A DNA stretch of 64,000 bases, taken from contig OZ251235.1 of the NCBI GenBank assembly GCA_965240325.2, forward strand, positions 248,001 to 312,000. Direction: 5' to 3'. The DNA is from Rebecca billardiae RCC1528. Taxonomy: Eukaryota; Protista; Haptophyta. The notes below the pieces were generated by a model. It was not told the DNA's origin. It saw only the letters and a program-made list of their open reading frames with translations, and made no database searches. This document shows, piece by piece, positions 24,244 through 36,147 of this stretch (position 1 is the first letter of the stretch; every line of letters starts with the position of its first letter). The translations under genes were made by a program, and so were the position numbers.

Positions 24244-25155
24244 GCCGAGCGCTGTGGCAGCAGGGCCGTGGCGACCCCGATCCACCTGCCGCTGCCAGTG
24301 CAGCGCGAATCAGCGATCAATGCCTGCTTATTCAATGCGATGTCACAGAAACTAGAAAGCATGGCGGCCCGTCGTGACCGTCGTCACTCGTCCAGGCCTT
24401 GCTCTCGATTCCAATGATAGAATCGTGCCCGCCTTCCTCGTCCTCGCCTGTTGCGCGCCGGGTAGCAGCGGCACACACACTATTCTAACTCACGTGGCGC
24501 GCGCGACTCGGCTGTCTGGCGTGTTCACTCCGCTGTCCCCGTGGCGCGCCGAGCTGCTGCAGCAGTATGTCACAGCGCCGCGCGCCAACTGGAGCCTGCG
24601 CATGTGACCGGCCAGTCTTCACGCTCTGGAGCTCATGCGCGTTCACTCTGAAATAGCCTCCAATATTGGCAGCGAATGCGATCTGGCGCCGCCGCCACTA
24701 TCGCGGGCAATCGTGATGATGACTCCGCGCCCTCGGGAGTGACGGTCCGAGTTGGGGACCGCGCCGCCGCGCCTGACAGTCTTGTCTCTAGTGACTGTCT
24801 TGAGTCCGAGTTCTCGAGAAAGTTAAGCCTGTTCACGTTGGTGGTGACTGCTTCAGACTACTGGCGGTCTGGCCGGGCGGCCGATTACACGACTCTCAGA
24901 GTCACGTGCGCACGCAGGCTGTGAGTCAGTGAGTAGTAGTGACCGGTCACGGTGTAGTCGCGTCGACGCCAGCCGCGAATCATCGATGATGATGATCTAT
25001 CATCGATGCGGATTGCGGTCGCGCAGAGCTTCATGCGAATACATTCTTGAAAGCGTGCGCTTCTCGTGTGCGTGACGGTGAGTCGGAGACAGGAGTGCAG
25101 CCGCGCTGGGCGGCGCTGGCTCATGCAGCAGTCACCGCCGCCACCGCGCAGAGCC

Positions 25156-28100
25156 TCAGCAGCCCGACGCGGCGGCTGCCTTGGCGCGCTTCGCGGGCGG
25201 CGGCGCGAGCTCGGACGGCGAGGGCGGCGGCCCGACGAGCCGCTCCTCGAGTAGCGAGAGCATCGCGTCAACGGTCGCGCGGTCGGGCGCCTCGCGCGCG
25301 ATCACCTCCGGCAGGTGGCGCAGCAGGTAGTAGAGGCACGCCTCGGTGAGGCGCGTGCAGCCGAGCTGCGTGGATGTGTGCAGGACGGAGAAGACGTTGT
25401 CGCTGCCGATGCCGCGCGAGATCCACGCCTCGGCCGTCTGCGTGAGCGAGCGGATCTGATACCGCACCGCCGCCATCAGCACTGGCTGCGCGTTCTGGTC
25501 GGAGAGCGCGATCTCGCCCGTGTACAGGAAGGTGATCACGGCACGCATCACGGCGGGGTCGACGTCGGTGACGCGGACCTCCATCTGCCTCGCCTCCTGC
25601 ATGCCCGCGCGGAACATGGCCTTCCAGTACTCGCTCTGCGAGTAGAGCACAAACCAGTGCACCGGGATGCGCTCGGCGCCGAGCACGAGCGTGCAGTCGG
25701 CGAGGTCGTTGTTGTTGAGCATCGACGCGGTCGCGCCGCTGGAGACCGCGTTGGGCGAGGGCGGGGGCACGGCGCAGCGGTCGGGGATGCGCGCGTGCGC
25801 GAGGCAGCACACAGCCTCCGCCGCCTCCGCCGCCTCCCACGTCCGGCCCGAGGCGAGTGCGCCGCGCAGGCAGTCGATCAGCCCGAAGCGCACCAGCCGC
25901 TCGTGTGCCGTGTCCTGACGCGGCCGGACGGGCGGCGAGCGGCGGCGCGGCGCAGCGAGAGCGGCGGGGGCATGGCGAAGGTGAGTCGTGTACCCACGCA
26001 CACACATAGACATGCGCACACACACGCACTCACGCACACACATGCACGCGCGGCGGTCGCGGTGCTGTGGCCGCGGTGCTGTGGCCGCGGTGCCGTGGCC
26101 GCGCTCACCGGCAGCAGGTGAGCAAGCGCGAGCAGCACGGCGCAGCGCGCCTCTGTCGCCACGTAGCCCTGCGGCATCTGTAGCAGCCCGCAGAGGGAGT
26201 CGAGGAGGGCGGTGCCGCTCGCGCAGCCGCCCGGCGGGACGAGGCTCGCAGGCGGCGAGCCGAGCGCGCCCGGCGGCGCGCCAAAAGGAAGCGCCCCGCC
26301 GCCCGCACCGAGCCCGCCGCCGCCGCCGCCGCCGCCGGCCGCGGCCGGCTGGGCGGCAGCCCCGGCCGGCTGCGGTGGCACCGCGGCGGCGGCGGCGCGG
26401 CCGGCCGCGGCCGCGTCGACCGGCGGCGGCACGCGCGCGGGCAGCGCGGGGGCCGCGGGCAGCGGCGCTGCCCACGCCGCGCGGTCGAGCGCGCAGCCCG
26501 GACCGAGGTGCGCCTCGGCGGCGCTGAGCGGCGCGGCGCCCGCGCCCGCGCCGAGCGCCGCGCCGACCCAGCCCGAGGCCGCGGCCGAGCCGGCGCGCGC
26601 TCGGCCGTGCGCGCGGCCGTGCGCGCGCACCGTGTGCAGCAGCATCGCGAGCGCCGCGCGCGACTCGGCGGGCATGCGCATGCGGCGCAGCAGCACCATG
26701 CACGCCGAGAGCCCGCCGAGCATCACGAACTGCAGGCACGAGCCGACTGAGCGGCAGAGGCTGTCGAGGAGCGCAAGCGCCGCGCGCAGCGCCACGCCCG
26801 ACTCGGAGCGCAGCGGGTGCTCGTCGAGCAGAGAGGGCGCGGCGCGCGGGCCCGGGGTGCCGGCTGCGCCGCTGTGCGCCAGCAGCGTGCCGCCGCCGGG
26901 GCCGCTGACGCTCGCGCCCGCGGCGCCGCCGCCCGACGCGGCGCGCGCGAGGGCGGCGGGGACAAGCCCTTGCGCGTCCGCCGCAGCGGCCGCCGCGGCG
27001 ACGACGGCGGCCGACGGCGGCGGCGCGAGTGGCGGCGAGCCCGCTGGGGCGCGTGCCGCTACCGCCGCCGCCGCCGCGGCGGCGGCGGCAGCGGCAGCCG
27101 CGGCAGCCGCCTCCGCCGAGGTGGCCTGAGAGCCCCCTGCAGACGGCGCCATCTCGGCGGCGCCGCCGCCACCGCCGCCACCGCCGCCACCGCCGCCACC
27201 AGCCGCCGCCGCCGCGCTCTCCTGCGCGGGCGGTGAGCCGATGGCCGTCTCAGCGGCGGCCGAGTGCGCGATCGGCGCGCCGCACGCCGCGTCGCGCCCG
27301 GCGCGGCGCGGCGCGTCGCGCGGCGCGGCGTCGTCACTCGGCGGCGCGCTCGCGGCCGCCGTGGCGGCGAGCGGCGCGACGCGCGCGCTGTATGGCCGCA
27401 CAAGCCGCGTGAGCGCCTCGACTGCGCCCTCGGCGGCGATCAGCTCACACCGCCGCTCGCAGTCCGCGAGCAGCGTGAGCGTGACGGCGGCGCCGGACTG
27501 CGTGCCGGACTGCGAGGAGCGGAGCAGCGAGACCAGCGTCGGGATGCAGCCCTCCGCCTCGAGCGCCTCGCGGATCGGCCGCTCGTGCGCGAGCCAAGAG
27601 AGCGCCGCGGCCGCCTGCGCCTGTACGCGCACGTCGTGTGAGCGCAGCAGCACGGCGAGCGCTGACACGCCGCCCTCGCGGCTGATGAGGCTCCTGTTGG
27701 CCTCGTCGTCGGAGAGCCAGCCGATGCCAGCGGCCGCGAGCCGCTGCACCACCGGGTCCTTCGCCTTGAGCAGGGAGACCATGATGGCGACGCCGCCCTC
27801 CTGCGCGCGCACGCGCAAGCGCGCACCCACCACGCCGGAGCGCCGCGCGTGAGCGAGCGATCGCGCCGAGCGGACCGCCGCTGCCGCCGCCCGCCCCACG
27901 CGGCGACGGGCACAGCGCGCGAAGCGATGGCCGGCGCGCGGCGGGCGCGCCGCGTCGCGCGCGCGGCTCGGCGCCCCGCGCGCACCTTGCCGAGCAGCTG
28001 TCGGATCTGCTCGTTGTGCGCGCGCCAGGAGAGCTCGGAGAGCGGCTGCGCGTGCCCCGCGCGCTGCGGGTCCAGTGGCTCGCCCGGCGCGCTCACGCGG

Positions 28101-29373
28101 CAGGCGTGCAGCCGAGCCGCGTCCACCGTCTCGGCCGAGAGCTCTCCGAACGCGCTGCTCATCGCGGCGGCCGCGGCCGCGGCGCTGTCGACGCCCGGCA
28201 GCGCGGCGGGCGCGGGCGCGAGCTGCGCGATGGCCGCGGCCGCGCGCGCCGCCTCCTCCCGCACCGAGATGTCTGCAGAGGCGCTCAGCGCGCTCAGCGC
28301 CACGAGCGCGCCCTCCTGCGCGGCGCGGTGCGCGGTGCGCGGGGCGGCGCGGCGCGCGGCGGGACGTGCACTCAGCCGGCGAGTCATCTCCGCGCGCGCC
28401 CGCCCGCGGGGGCCGAGACGTGCCATGCGCGCCGCAGCCGTGCGCGCGTGCGCGTGCGGCCCCGCCCGTCGCGAGCCCGCGAGCGCGCGCGCACCTGCGC
28501 GACCAGGGGGCGGATCTCGGGGTCTGCGGCGAGCTGGGTGATGGTCGACGCGGCCTCACGCTGCACGCCCACCGACTCGGACTTGAGCAGGCGCACGAGC
28601 TTGCCGATGCCGCCCTGCTCCACGAGCGAGCGGCGCACGCGCGCGTCCTCGACAATCCAGTTGAGGGCGAGCGCGGTCAGCATCTGCGTCTGCGTGTCGG
28701 TGGCGTCGAGGAGGTCGAGGAGGGCGGGCACGCCGCCCTCGTGCACGATGCGCGCGCGGATGTGCTGGTCCGCCGCGAGCTGGCGCAGCCCCAGCGCCGC
28801 CTCGCGCTGCACGCTCGCAGAGCCCGTGTTGAGCAGCTCCATCATCGCCGGCACCGCGCCCTCCGCCGCGATCAGCGTGCGGATGTGCTCGTCGCCGGCG
28901 AGCCACGAGAGCGCGGCGGCGGAGAGGCGCTGCACGGCGGGGTCGGGCGACTTGAGGCAGGAGACGAGCACGGTGACGGAGCCCTCGGGCACGGTCTCCT
29001 TGGCCAGCTGGCTCAGCGGCAGCGCGCTGTGCGGCTGCGGCGGCTGCTCGGCGTGTGGCGCGCGCAGCTGCTGCTCGTGCGGCGGCTCAAGCTGGCGAGA
29101 GCGCATGGGAGCGTGCGCGGGCGACGGCGCCAGCCCCTCGTGCGCGCGTGGCGGCAGGTGCTCCTGCTGCTGCGCGGCAGCGCTGGTGGCGCCGTGCGCG
29201 TCGCCGCGATTGGTCAGCATCGCGACGAGTTCGCCCACCGACTGCACGGCCGGCTGGTGCGGCTGCGAGAGGCTCTGCGTGAGCCATTGGAGGGCCTGCG
29301 GCAGCGAAGGCCGCACGCGACCCCACTCGATCGCCGGCGAGCCCTCCTGCGCGGGCGGGCCGGGCCGGTGCAT
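25156..29373 (-). CDS. Armadillo-repeat + BTB/POZ protein (ARIA/ABAP1-like); exons ~29373-28495, 28315-27986, 27800-26109, 25914-25156
   Basis: Repeated EGG(V/I)xxLVxLL...VQR.AA.AL.WLA ARM units. C-terminal BTB ADCTLVLGAERIPVHWFVLYSQSEYWKAMF..GMQEA...FLYTG. All introns are GT-AG phase 0. Start codon uncertain. Confidence 0.85.
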
Positions 29374-29562
29374 CGCGCGACGATGCTCCACGGCCGTGCA
29401 GTGCAGCGCGTGCAAGCGGTGCGCGCTCAACGAATCCTGAGCGCGAATGAGAGTCCTGGGCCAAAAGAGCGCAGCTGTCGGACTAGCCCTTGACGAAACG
29501 CCACAGTGTGTGCAGCGTGCGTGCAGTCAGTCGCCTTTGGTCCTTCCACGTTGCCGTCCACG

Positions 29563-31554
29563 ATGCCGCGCACACCGCCGGCGGCGCTCTGCGCGCTCTG
29601 CGCGCTCGTCGCGCTAGCGAGCGGCTCGACGCTGCCGCGCACGCCTCACCGCACCCCTGTCGCCATCGGCATCGACCTCGGCACGACCAACTCGGCGGCG
29701 TGCGTCTTCGACCCGTCGACGCGCGACGCCACGATGGTGCGCAATTCGCGCGGGGACGTGCTCACGCCGTCGGTCGTGTGCTTCCTGCCGGACGGGCGCG
29801 CGCTGGTGGGCGCCGACGCGCTCGATGCGGCGGCTGGGCACCCACTCTCCACGTTCCGCTCGATCAAGCGGCTTCTCGGCCGCGACTTGCTCGAGGATGA
29901 CGAGGTGGCGATGGCCAGCGCGCTGCTGCCCGCACCGAGCACGCTGCGCCGAGCAGAGGACGGCGCGCCGACGCTGCACTGCCCGACGCTCGGGCGCGAG
30001 GTCCGGATGGAGGAGATCTCCGCGGCAGTCCTCTCCTCGCTCGTCGCCGACGTCCTCGCGCACCTCGACGCGCGCGCGGGGGCCGGACGTGGCGGCGACG
30101 CAGAGGGGGCGCTAGGCCCAGAGCTGTCGGCGGCCGATTCGACGGCCGAAGGCCTGGCGCAGTCCGACGGCCTGGGCGGGCGCGACGGCCGACGACCCAG
30201 CGCGCGTGCGAGCGGCGCTGGCGGCGACGGCCAGCCCGCCGGCGAGGACGAGGACTCCGACCTCGACGATGACGACGACGCCGCCGCCGACGCCGACACC
30301 CACCTGCGCGCGGCTGACCACCTGCGCGCCGTCATCACGGTGCCGGCCGAGTTCTCCGACGCGCAGCGCGAGGCGACGGAGCTGGCAGCGCGGCTCGCGG
30401 GCCTGCGGCACGTGCGGCTGATGCGCGAGCCCGTCGCGGCCGCCCTCGCGTACGGCGTCGCGGACACGCGCGACGACGCGCCGCCGGCGAGCGCGCCGCA
30501 GGGCCGCGCGCCGCCCGAGCGCGCGCCCTCGCAGACTGTTCTGGTGCTGGACGTGGGCGCGGGCACGACGGACGTGAGCGTGCTCGACGTGACGGACGGG
30601 CTGGTGGAGGTGCTCGCTAGCGCGGCGGACGGGCGGCTGGGCGGCGACGACGTGGACGACGCGCTCGAGGCGTGGCTCGGCGAGACGCTGCGCGCGCAGC
30701 ACCCGCGCGCTGCGCAGCGCGTCGCCGCCGACGCGGCCGCTCGCTTTGAGGCGCGCCGCGCGCTCGAGCGAGCCAAGGTGGCTCTGTCTGTCCGGCGCGA
30801 GGCGGAGGTGCGGCTCCCCGTGAGCGCCGAGGGCGAGCCGTGCCCGCCCGCCGCGCCGCCGCTCGCCCTCACCCTCCGCCGCGCCGATCTCGACGCGGCC
30901 GCGGAGCGCGTGCTCGCGCGCCTCAAGGTGCCCGTGTACGGGGCGGCTCTGAACGCGGGCGTGGCGCTGCGTGGGGAGCGCTTTGGCGGCGGCAGGGACG
31001 GCGGGGCGGAGCCGCGGGGCAAGGGGCGGCGCGGGGCGAAGCGACGAGGCGGCGGCGGCGGCGGCGCCAAGCCCGCCGCCGCCGGCCCGCAGCCGGGCGA
31101 GCTGGTCGTCGCCTCCGACGGCTCGACCGAGCGCTCCCGCGCGCTGCCGCAGGGCGGGCGCGCGGTCGATCAGCTCGTGCTGGTCGGAGGGGCGACGCAC
31201 ATGGTCGGGGTGAGGCGGCTCGCGGCCAACCTCGTCGGGGTCGAGGCGCGGCGCACGGTCGACCCGCTCGAGGCGGTCGCGCGCGGCGCTGCGCTGCAGA
31301 GCGCCGTCTCGGAGGGCCTGCTCGACGGCGTCGGCGTGACCGACGCGTGGCAAGCCCAGCTGCGCGCCGCCTTTGCCCAGCTCGAGCGCGAGCTCGCGCA
31401 GCGCGCAGCGCGCGACGCCGCGGGCGCGGACGGCGCGGACGGAGGCGGAGATGCTGACGACGATGACGACGACTGGGCGGCTCTGGATGCCTTCTTGGAA
31501 GAGGGGGACGACATCGTCGAGTACATCGAGATCGTCGGAGACGAGGACAGTTGA
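29563..31554 (+). CDS. Atypical Hsp70-family protein: signal peptide plus ATPase (NBD) domain only, acidic C-tail
   Basis: AIGIDLGTTNS, AVITVPAEFSDAQREAT, EPVAAALAYG, LDVGAGTTDVS, LGGDDVD, LVLVGGATH, DPLEAVARGAALQ. The ORF ends about 80 aa later with no substrate-binding domain. Confidence 0.88.
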   Translation: MPRTPPAALCALCALVALASGSTLPRTPHRTPVAIGIDLGTTNSAACVFDPSTRDATMVRNSRGDVLTPSVVCFLPDGRALVGADALDAAAGHPLSTFRSIKRLLGRDLLEDDEVAMASALLPAPSTLRRAEDGAPTLHCPTLGREVRMEEISAAVLSSLVADVLAHLDARAGAGRGGDAEGALGPELSAADSTAEGLAQSDGLGGRDGRRPSARASGAGGDGQPAGEDEDSDLDDDDDAAADADTHLRAADHLRAVITVPAEFSDAQREATELAARLAGLRHVRLMREPVAAALAYGVADTRDDAPPASAPQGRAPPERAPSQTVLVLDVGAGTTDVSVLDVTDGLVEVLASAADGRLGGDDVDDALEAWLGETLRAQHPRAAQRVAADAAARFEARRALERAKVALSVRREAEVRLPVSAEGEPCPPAAPPLALTLRRADLDAAAERVLARLKVPVYGAALNAGVALRGERFGGGRDGGAEPRGKGRRGAKRRGGGGGGAKPAAAGPQPGELVVASDGSTERSRALPQGGRAVDQLVLVGGATHMVGVRRLAANLVGVEARRTVDPLEAVARGAALQSAVSEGLLDGVGVTDAWQAQLRAAFAQLERELAQRAARDAAGADGADGGGDADDDDDDWAALDAFLEEGDDIVEYIEIVGDEDS

Positions 31555-31920
31555 CGAGAAAGAAGTGCGTCCGTGCGACTGCGGACTGAGTGACTGAGTG
31601 ACTAGCTGACGCGCGCACACTGTGCCCTGATGCGCAGGCGGAATGAATTGGACCCTTGGTTACCCATGCGCTACCCGCACACGGTACGTGAGGAAGTCCG
31701 CCTCGGCACTGCCCAGAGTGCTGAGTGCAGGGCGTGCAGGCCATATTCTGCGCGAATCACCAGGATCGAAATGGATGAATCGTCACTATAACACTTATTA
31801 TCATATTATATATATATTATCGTCATCAATAACGACTGCCGAGAACTAGTCACCCGCCAGTCCCGCCACCGCCGCGGGCGGATTTCGTCATCTGCGTTTG
31901 CGCGATCCGCTGCGCGCGAC

Positions 31921-32845
31921 GAATAATGTACTATGTAGCAGTCGTAGCCGCCGCCATTTGTCGCGTCGTAGGTTACTCGGTGCATGTCCGGTGACGATCA
32001 CTACTCATCACTGCTACTCACTGTGACGATGACGATGCCGGCAACCAGTGAACCGCACTCCGCAGCCGGCGAGTCTCCGCGAAACTGTCACTGTCAGCCC
32101 GACAGTCAGTGGCGGGGGCCCACTCGGGCGCGCGGCGCCGGCGGGAATGAGGCGGGCCCCCAGTACTGAGTCCGGTGCCGGTGTCCAGCGGGGCGGGGGC
32201 GCGGGGCCCCGCTCGCGATCCAGCGACCAGAGTCTTTGATGACTGCTTTGAGTTTGAGGCTCTACTATAATACTACTCGTCCGCCGCGGTCGGGTCGAAT
32301 GGCGCGAAGCGCTGCTTGAGCTCGTCCGTCTCGCGCGCCTCGAGCTGCTGCACGCTCAAGCCGACAAGCGGCCTGTCCGACAAGCCGTCGCTGCGAATAT
32401 AATGTAGCAGTCGTAGCCGCCGCCATTTGTCGTCGCGTCGTAGGTTACTCGGTGCATGTCCGGTGACGATCACTACTCATCACTACTCACTGTGACGATG
32501 ACGATGCCGGCAACCAGTGAACCGCACTCCGCAGAGCCGGCGAGTCTCCGCGAAACTGTCACTGTCAGCCCGACTTATAGTTATTGGCGGGCCGGCCCAC
32601 TGGCAGCGCGCGGCGCCGGGAATGAGGCGGGCCCCCAGTACTGAGTCCGGTGCCGGTGTCCAGCGGGGCGGGGGCGCGGGGCCCCGCTCGCGATCCAGCG
32701 ACCAGAGTCTTTGATGACTGCTTTGAGTTTGAGGCTCTACTATAATACTACTCGTCCGCCGCGGTCGGGTCGAATGGCGCGAAGCGCTGCTTGAGCTCGT
32801 CCGTCTCGCGCGCCTCGAGCTGCTGCACGCTCAAGCCGTCGCTGC
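31921..32845. repeat. Tandem duplication (~470-bp unit) covering the CWF19L1 C-terminal codons and 3' flank
   Basis: 31921-32394 is near-identical to 32395-32845 with small indels; both copies encode SVQQLEARETDELKQRFAPFDPTAADE* on the minus strand. Confidence 0.92.
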
Positions 32846-35007
32846 CTGGCGCGGTCGGATCCGGGAGGCAGGCTTTCCAGTCCGCGCGCTCGGGCGTGCC
32901 CAACGCCTGCGCGAGCGCCTGCCGGGCGAACATCATCGGGTGCCTCCGTGGGTTGGAGCTCCTGCGGGCGCGGCAGCGGCCGCGGCGGCGGGAAGGTGCG
33001 CGGGGAGTGGCGGCAACGGGCGGCGCGGCGTGAGTCGAGGTGGCGCGCGGGGGCTCGGCCATCGGGGGGCGGCGCGCGCGGGGCACGGCGCCGCGCGCAC
33101 ATCCTGTGGAGCAGCACGCCGCCGTCCCCGGGGAGCTGCACCCACAGGTAGCCCTCGCCGTCCGCCACCCCGGCCGGCGGCCATTGTGCGGAGCGCACGT
33201 GCTCGAACGAGACGCCGGCCGCCTCGCCCGCGGCCTGCAGGGCGGCGCGGACGCCGGCGGCGCGCTCGCGCGGCACGGGCAGGAGCTGCAGGTGCAGGTG
33301 CGCGCGGCCGGCGTCCAGACCGCCGCCCCGCGTGCCCATCTGCCGCTCGAACACCACCGTCTCCGCGCCCTCCGCCGCGTAGCACTGCGCCAGCGCGTCG
33401 CGCAGGGCGAGCATCTCAGCCAGCACGGCGCGCTCGCACGCGTGCGCGCTCGCCGCGTGGCTCACGGGGAGGACGAGGGCGTTGTGCCGGACGAGCGGGC
33501 CCTTGGCCAGGGCGACGTACGCCTCGGTGCCCACCGCCACCACGAGGTGCGCCTCGAAGTGCTCGCTCGCCATGCAGAACCAGCACGCGCGGTTGGCCCA
33601 GCCGCGCACGGCCGCGCCGCGCCGGTGCTCTTGCGCCGACGCGACGCGCCACGTGCGCGCGCCGTCGTCGATGACGACGCCGTGCTTCTCGCGGAGCTCG
33701 GCGCGGAGCGCGTCCGCGGTGTCAAAGTTGCGCTCCGTCCGCGCCGCCTCGCGCCGCACCAGCAGCTCGCGCACCACCCCCTCGTCGACCGGCTCGGCGT
33801 CCTCCGGGTGGCGCGTCGGCAGCGGCGGCATCGCGCGCCGCTTGGCCGAGTCGCCGTTCGGCGCGCCGCCGGCGGCACGCGCGCGCTTGGCCGAGCCGCC
33901 GGGGGGCGGCGGCGGTGGCGGCGGCGGAGCGGCGGGAAGCATGGCCCCACCCGCGCCGGGCATGTGCGGCGGCGGCGGCGGCGGCAGCGGCGGCGGCGGA
34001 TGCCCGGGCCCGAGCTGCGGTGGCAGCGGCGGCAGCGGCGGCGGCGGGGGCTGCGGCAGCGTCGCGCCCGCACCCGGCTGCGGCGGCGGCTGCTGCGCCT
34101 CCGGCGGCGGCGGCGGCGGGTGCACGTGCACGCCGACGTACGGGTTCTGCGTCGTCCCATCTGGCTGCTCGAGCAGCTTGGCCGCGTCCATCCGGCCGAG
34201 GGGCACCACGCTGAGCGCGTGCAGCCACTTGCGCCGAGCATCCCCGACGCGGCCGAGGGCCACGAACCGCGTCACGTGCGACGGGCTCCCGTCTGCGCGC
34301 CAGTTGGCGTACGGCGGGCGCGCCCACGCGACGCCCGAGCCGCCGGCGAAGTGGTACCGCGGCAGCGCGGCGGCCGCCAGCCGCGCCGAGCGCACGGTGC
34401 CCACCTCGTCGAGCGGCTCGGAGCCGCCCAGCGCCGCGCTCGCGGCAGCGCGCGCGTCTGCCCCGAGCTGAGCGCACACGCCGCGCGGCCAGCTGGGTGT
34501 GAGCAGCAGGTCGACGCCGGCGAAGTTGCGCCGGGCGAAGTGCGCATCCAGGGCCTCCGTCTCCGCCTGGCCGTCCTCGCCCAGCGGGCCCACCGGCCCG
34601 GCGGCCGCAGGCACCGGCTCGAGCGGGGCCGAATCGTACGCCACGCGGAGCCCGTGCAGGGTCGTGAGCTCCGAGTTGGGGAGCAGGATGATGTTCGGCG
34701 CGATCTCGCCATTGGGATGGCCCTCGAGAAGGCTTCTCGCCACCGCGCACTCGAGCCGCGCGCTGAAGATGTACGTCGGCAGCGGGGCCTTCTTCTCGCC
34801 GTCCACGTACGGCCGCAGCCCACGCGCCGGCTCGTCTCCGTCGCCGAGGAAGTCCCCGACGCAGAAGAGGCACTTGAACGGGCCGTGCTTGCTGTCCGCG
34901 CCGACGACCTTGGTGAAAAGCGATGCAAAGTCGCCGCGCACGTCGCCCGCGACGAGCAGCTTGACCGGATCCGAGTTGACCTGCGCGCGGCCATAGCCCG
35001 AGGCCAT
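32748..35007 (-). CDS. CWF19L1: CWF19-like protein 1 (Drn1): pseudo-metallophosphoesterase + Pro-rich linker + CwfJ C1/C2; exons 35007-33101 and 32961-32748
   Basis: KLLVAGDVRG...GPFKCLFCVGDF, GVDLLLTPSWP, PRYHFAG...RPPY...TRFVALG...KWLHA; CWFC...HLVVAVG.EAYVALAKGPL; HLHLQLLPVP; spliced HPMMFARQ...ERADWKAC...FAPFD. Confidence 0.92.
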
Positions 35008-35679
35008 CGTCCTCGTGCTCGCCCTGCACGCACTGGCGGCAAGTCCGCAACGGTGTGCGTGAGGCGAGGCGCGCGAGCCGACGACCGGCTGCATCGGCAT
35101 CCCTCAAGGCCCCTGCGCCTCGCCCGTAGGCATCGGGGGTGGCATCTTGTACAGTACAGTAGGCAGGTTGGCGCGGTCGTACGAGCGCGTGAGCACGAGG
35201 GACAGCTTCCTCTCCGGCTTCTCGACCACTCTCACGTCCACGTCCACGTCCTCGTGCAAACGGCGCGCTTGAGGCTGCGCATGGGCAAGTCGCGGCTAAG
35301 ATCACCCTCGTGACGGCCATGCTGTCCTCTTTGGAATGCCGTACGACGGTGCAGACCTGCCCATCTTCCGCGCGACCCAACACGCCGTGAGCCTGACGAT
35401 CAAGGTTGGCTGCGTGTTAGTCGTGTGAACTCGTCACTGACGCCAGTGTCAGTCGGTTTGACGGGCACGCGGATGGCGGGGCCGTGACCGTCCGGTCGAA
35501 GCTGCAGCTGCAAATACGTGTGCGCGCCTGTCAACGGCGGGGCGAGCATCGATCGACATGGCTAGCGAGCTGATCAGGGCTGGTAGCAACCTTCTCTGGG
35601 ACACGCCACACGGTTGGACATGTTCTTCACTCGGAACGACCGTCAAGTGCGGATCAGACAGACATCATCCGATCAGCAG

Positions 35680-36147
35680 CAGGGCTGGGATAGGGTCGAG
35701 TTCGTGATCACGTGAACGTGATATCACGGCGTGATCACGTCACGTGATCCGTCACGTGACGTCACGCCGGCCATGGGCTTCGTCACGTGACCGAGTCCGG
35801 TAGTCGGTAAGCTACTCAATACGTGCTGACCAGCTGCTCGGACCCGGACTGGCTTCTGATGAGCGAGCAGAGAGTGAGAGATCATCGTCGCGACATTGTC
35901 AGCTGGTCGTAATTCGTCGTTGAAACAGTATTTGGCTCCAAATAGGCCCATATGCACAAAAAAACATAGATCTTCGCCTCTCCGCCCCGGGAGACCCCCG
36001 GACACCCCGGCCCCCCCCGGTGGGCCGGACTCGTTACGTGATCACTCACGGTGATGGCACATGATCACGGCTGTTGCCGGGCGGACACGACACACGTGAC
36101 AACACGTGACGGTCTGATAACGACACGACGAATTCCCATAAGCCCTG
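35680..36147. mobile_element. Probable hAT-like MITE with subterminal CACGTG/GTGATCAC repeats
   Basis: Termini CAGGGCT...AGCCCTG. Inverted pair CACGTGACCGAGTCCGG (~35785) and CCGGACTCGTTACGTG (~36025). CACGTG clusters at both ends. Flanks similar but not identical (ATCAGCAG vs TCAGTCAG). Confidence 0.5.
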
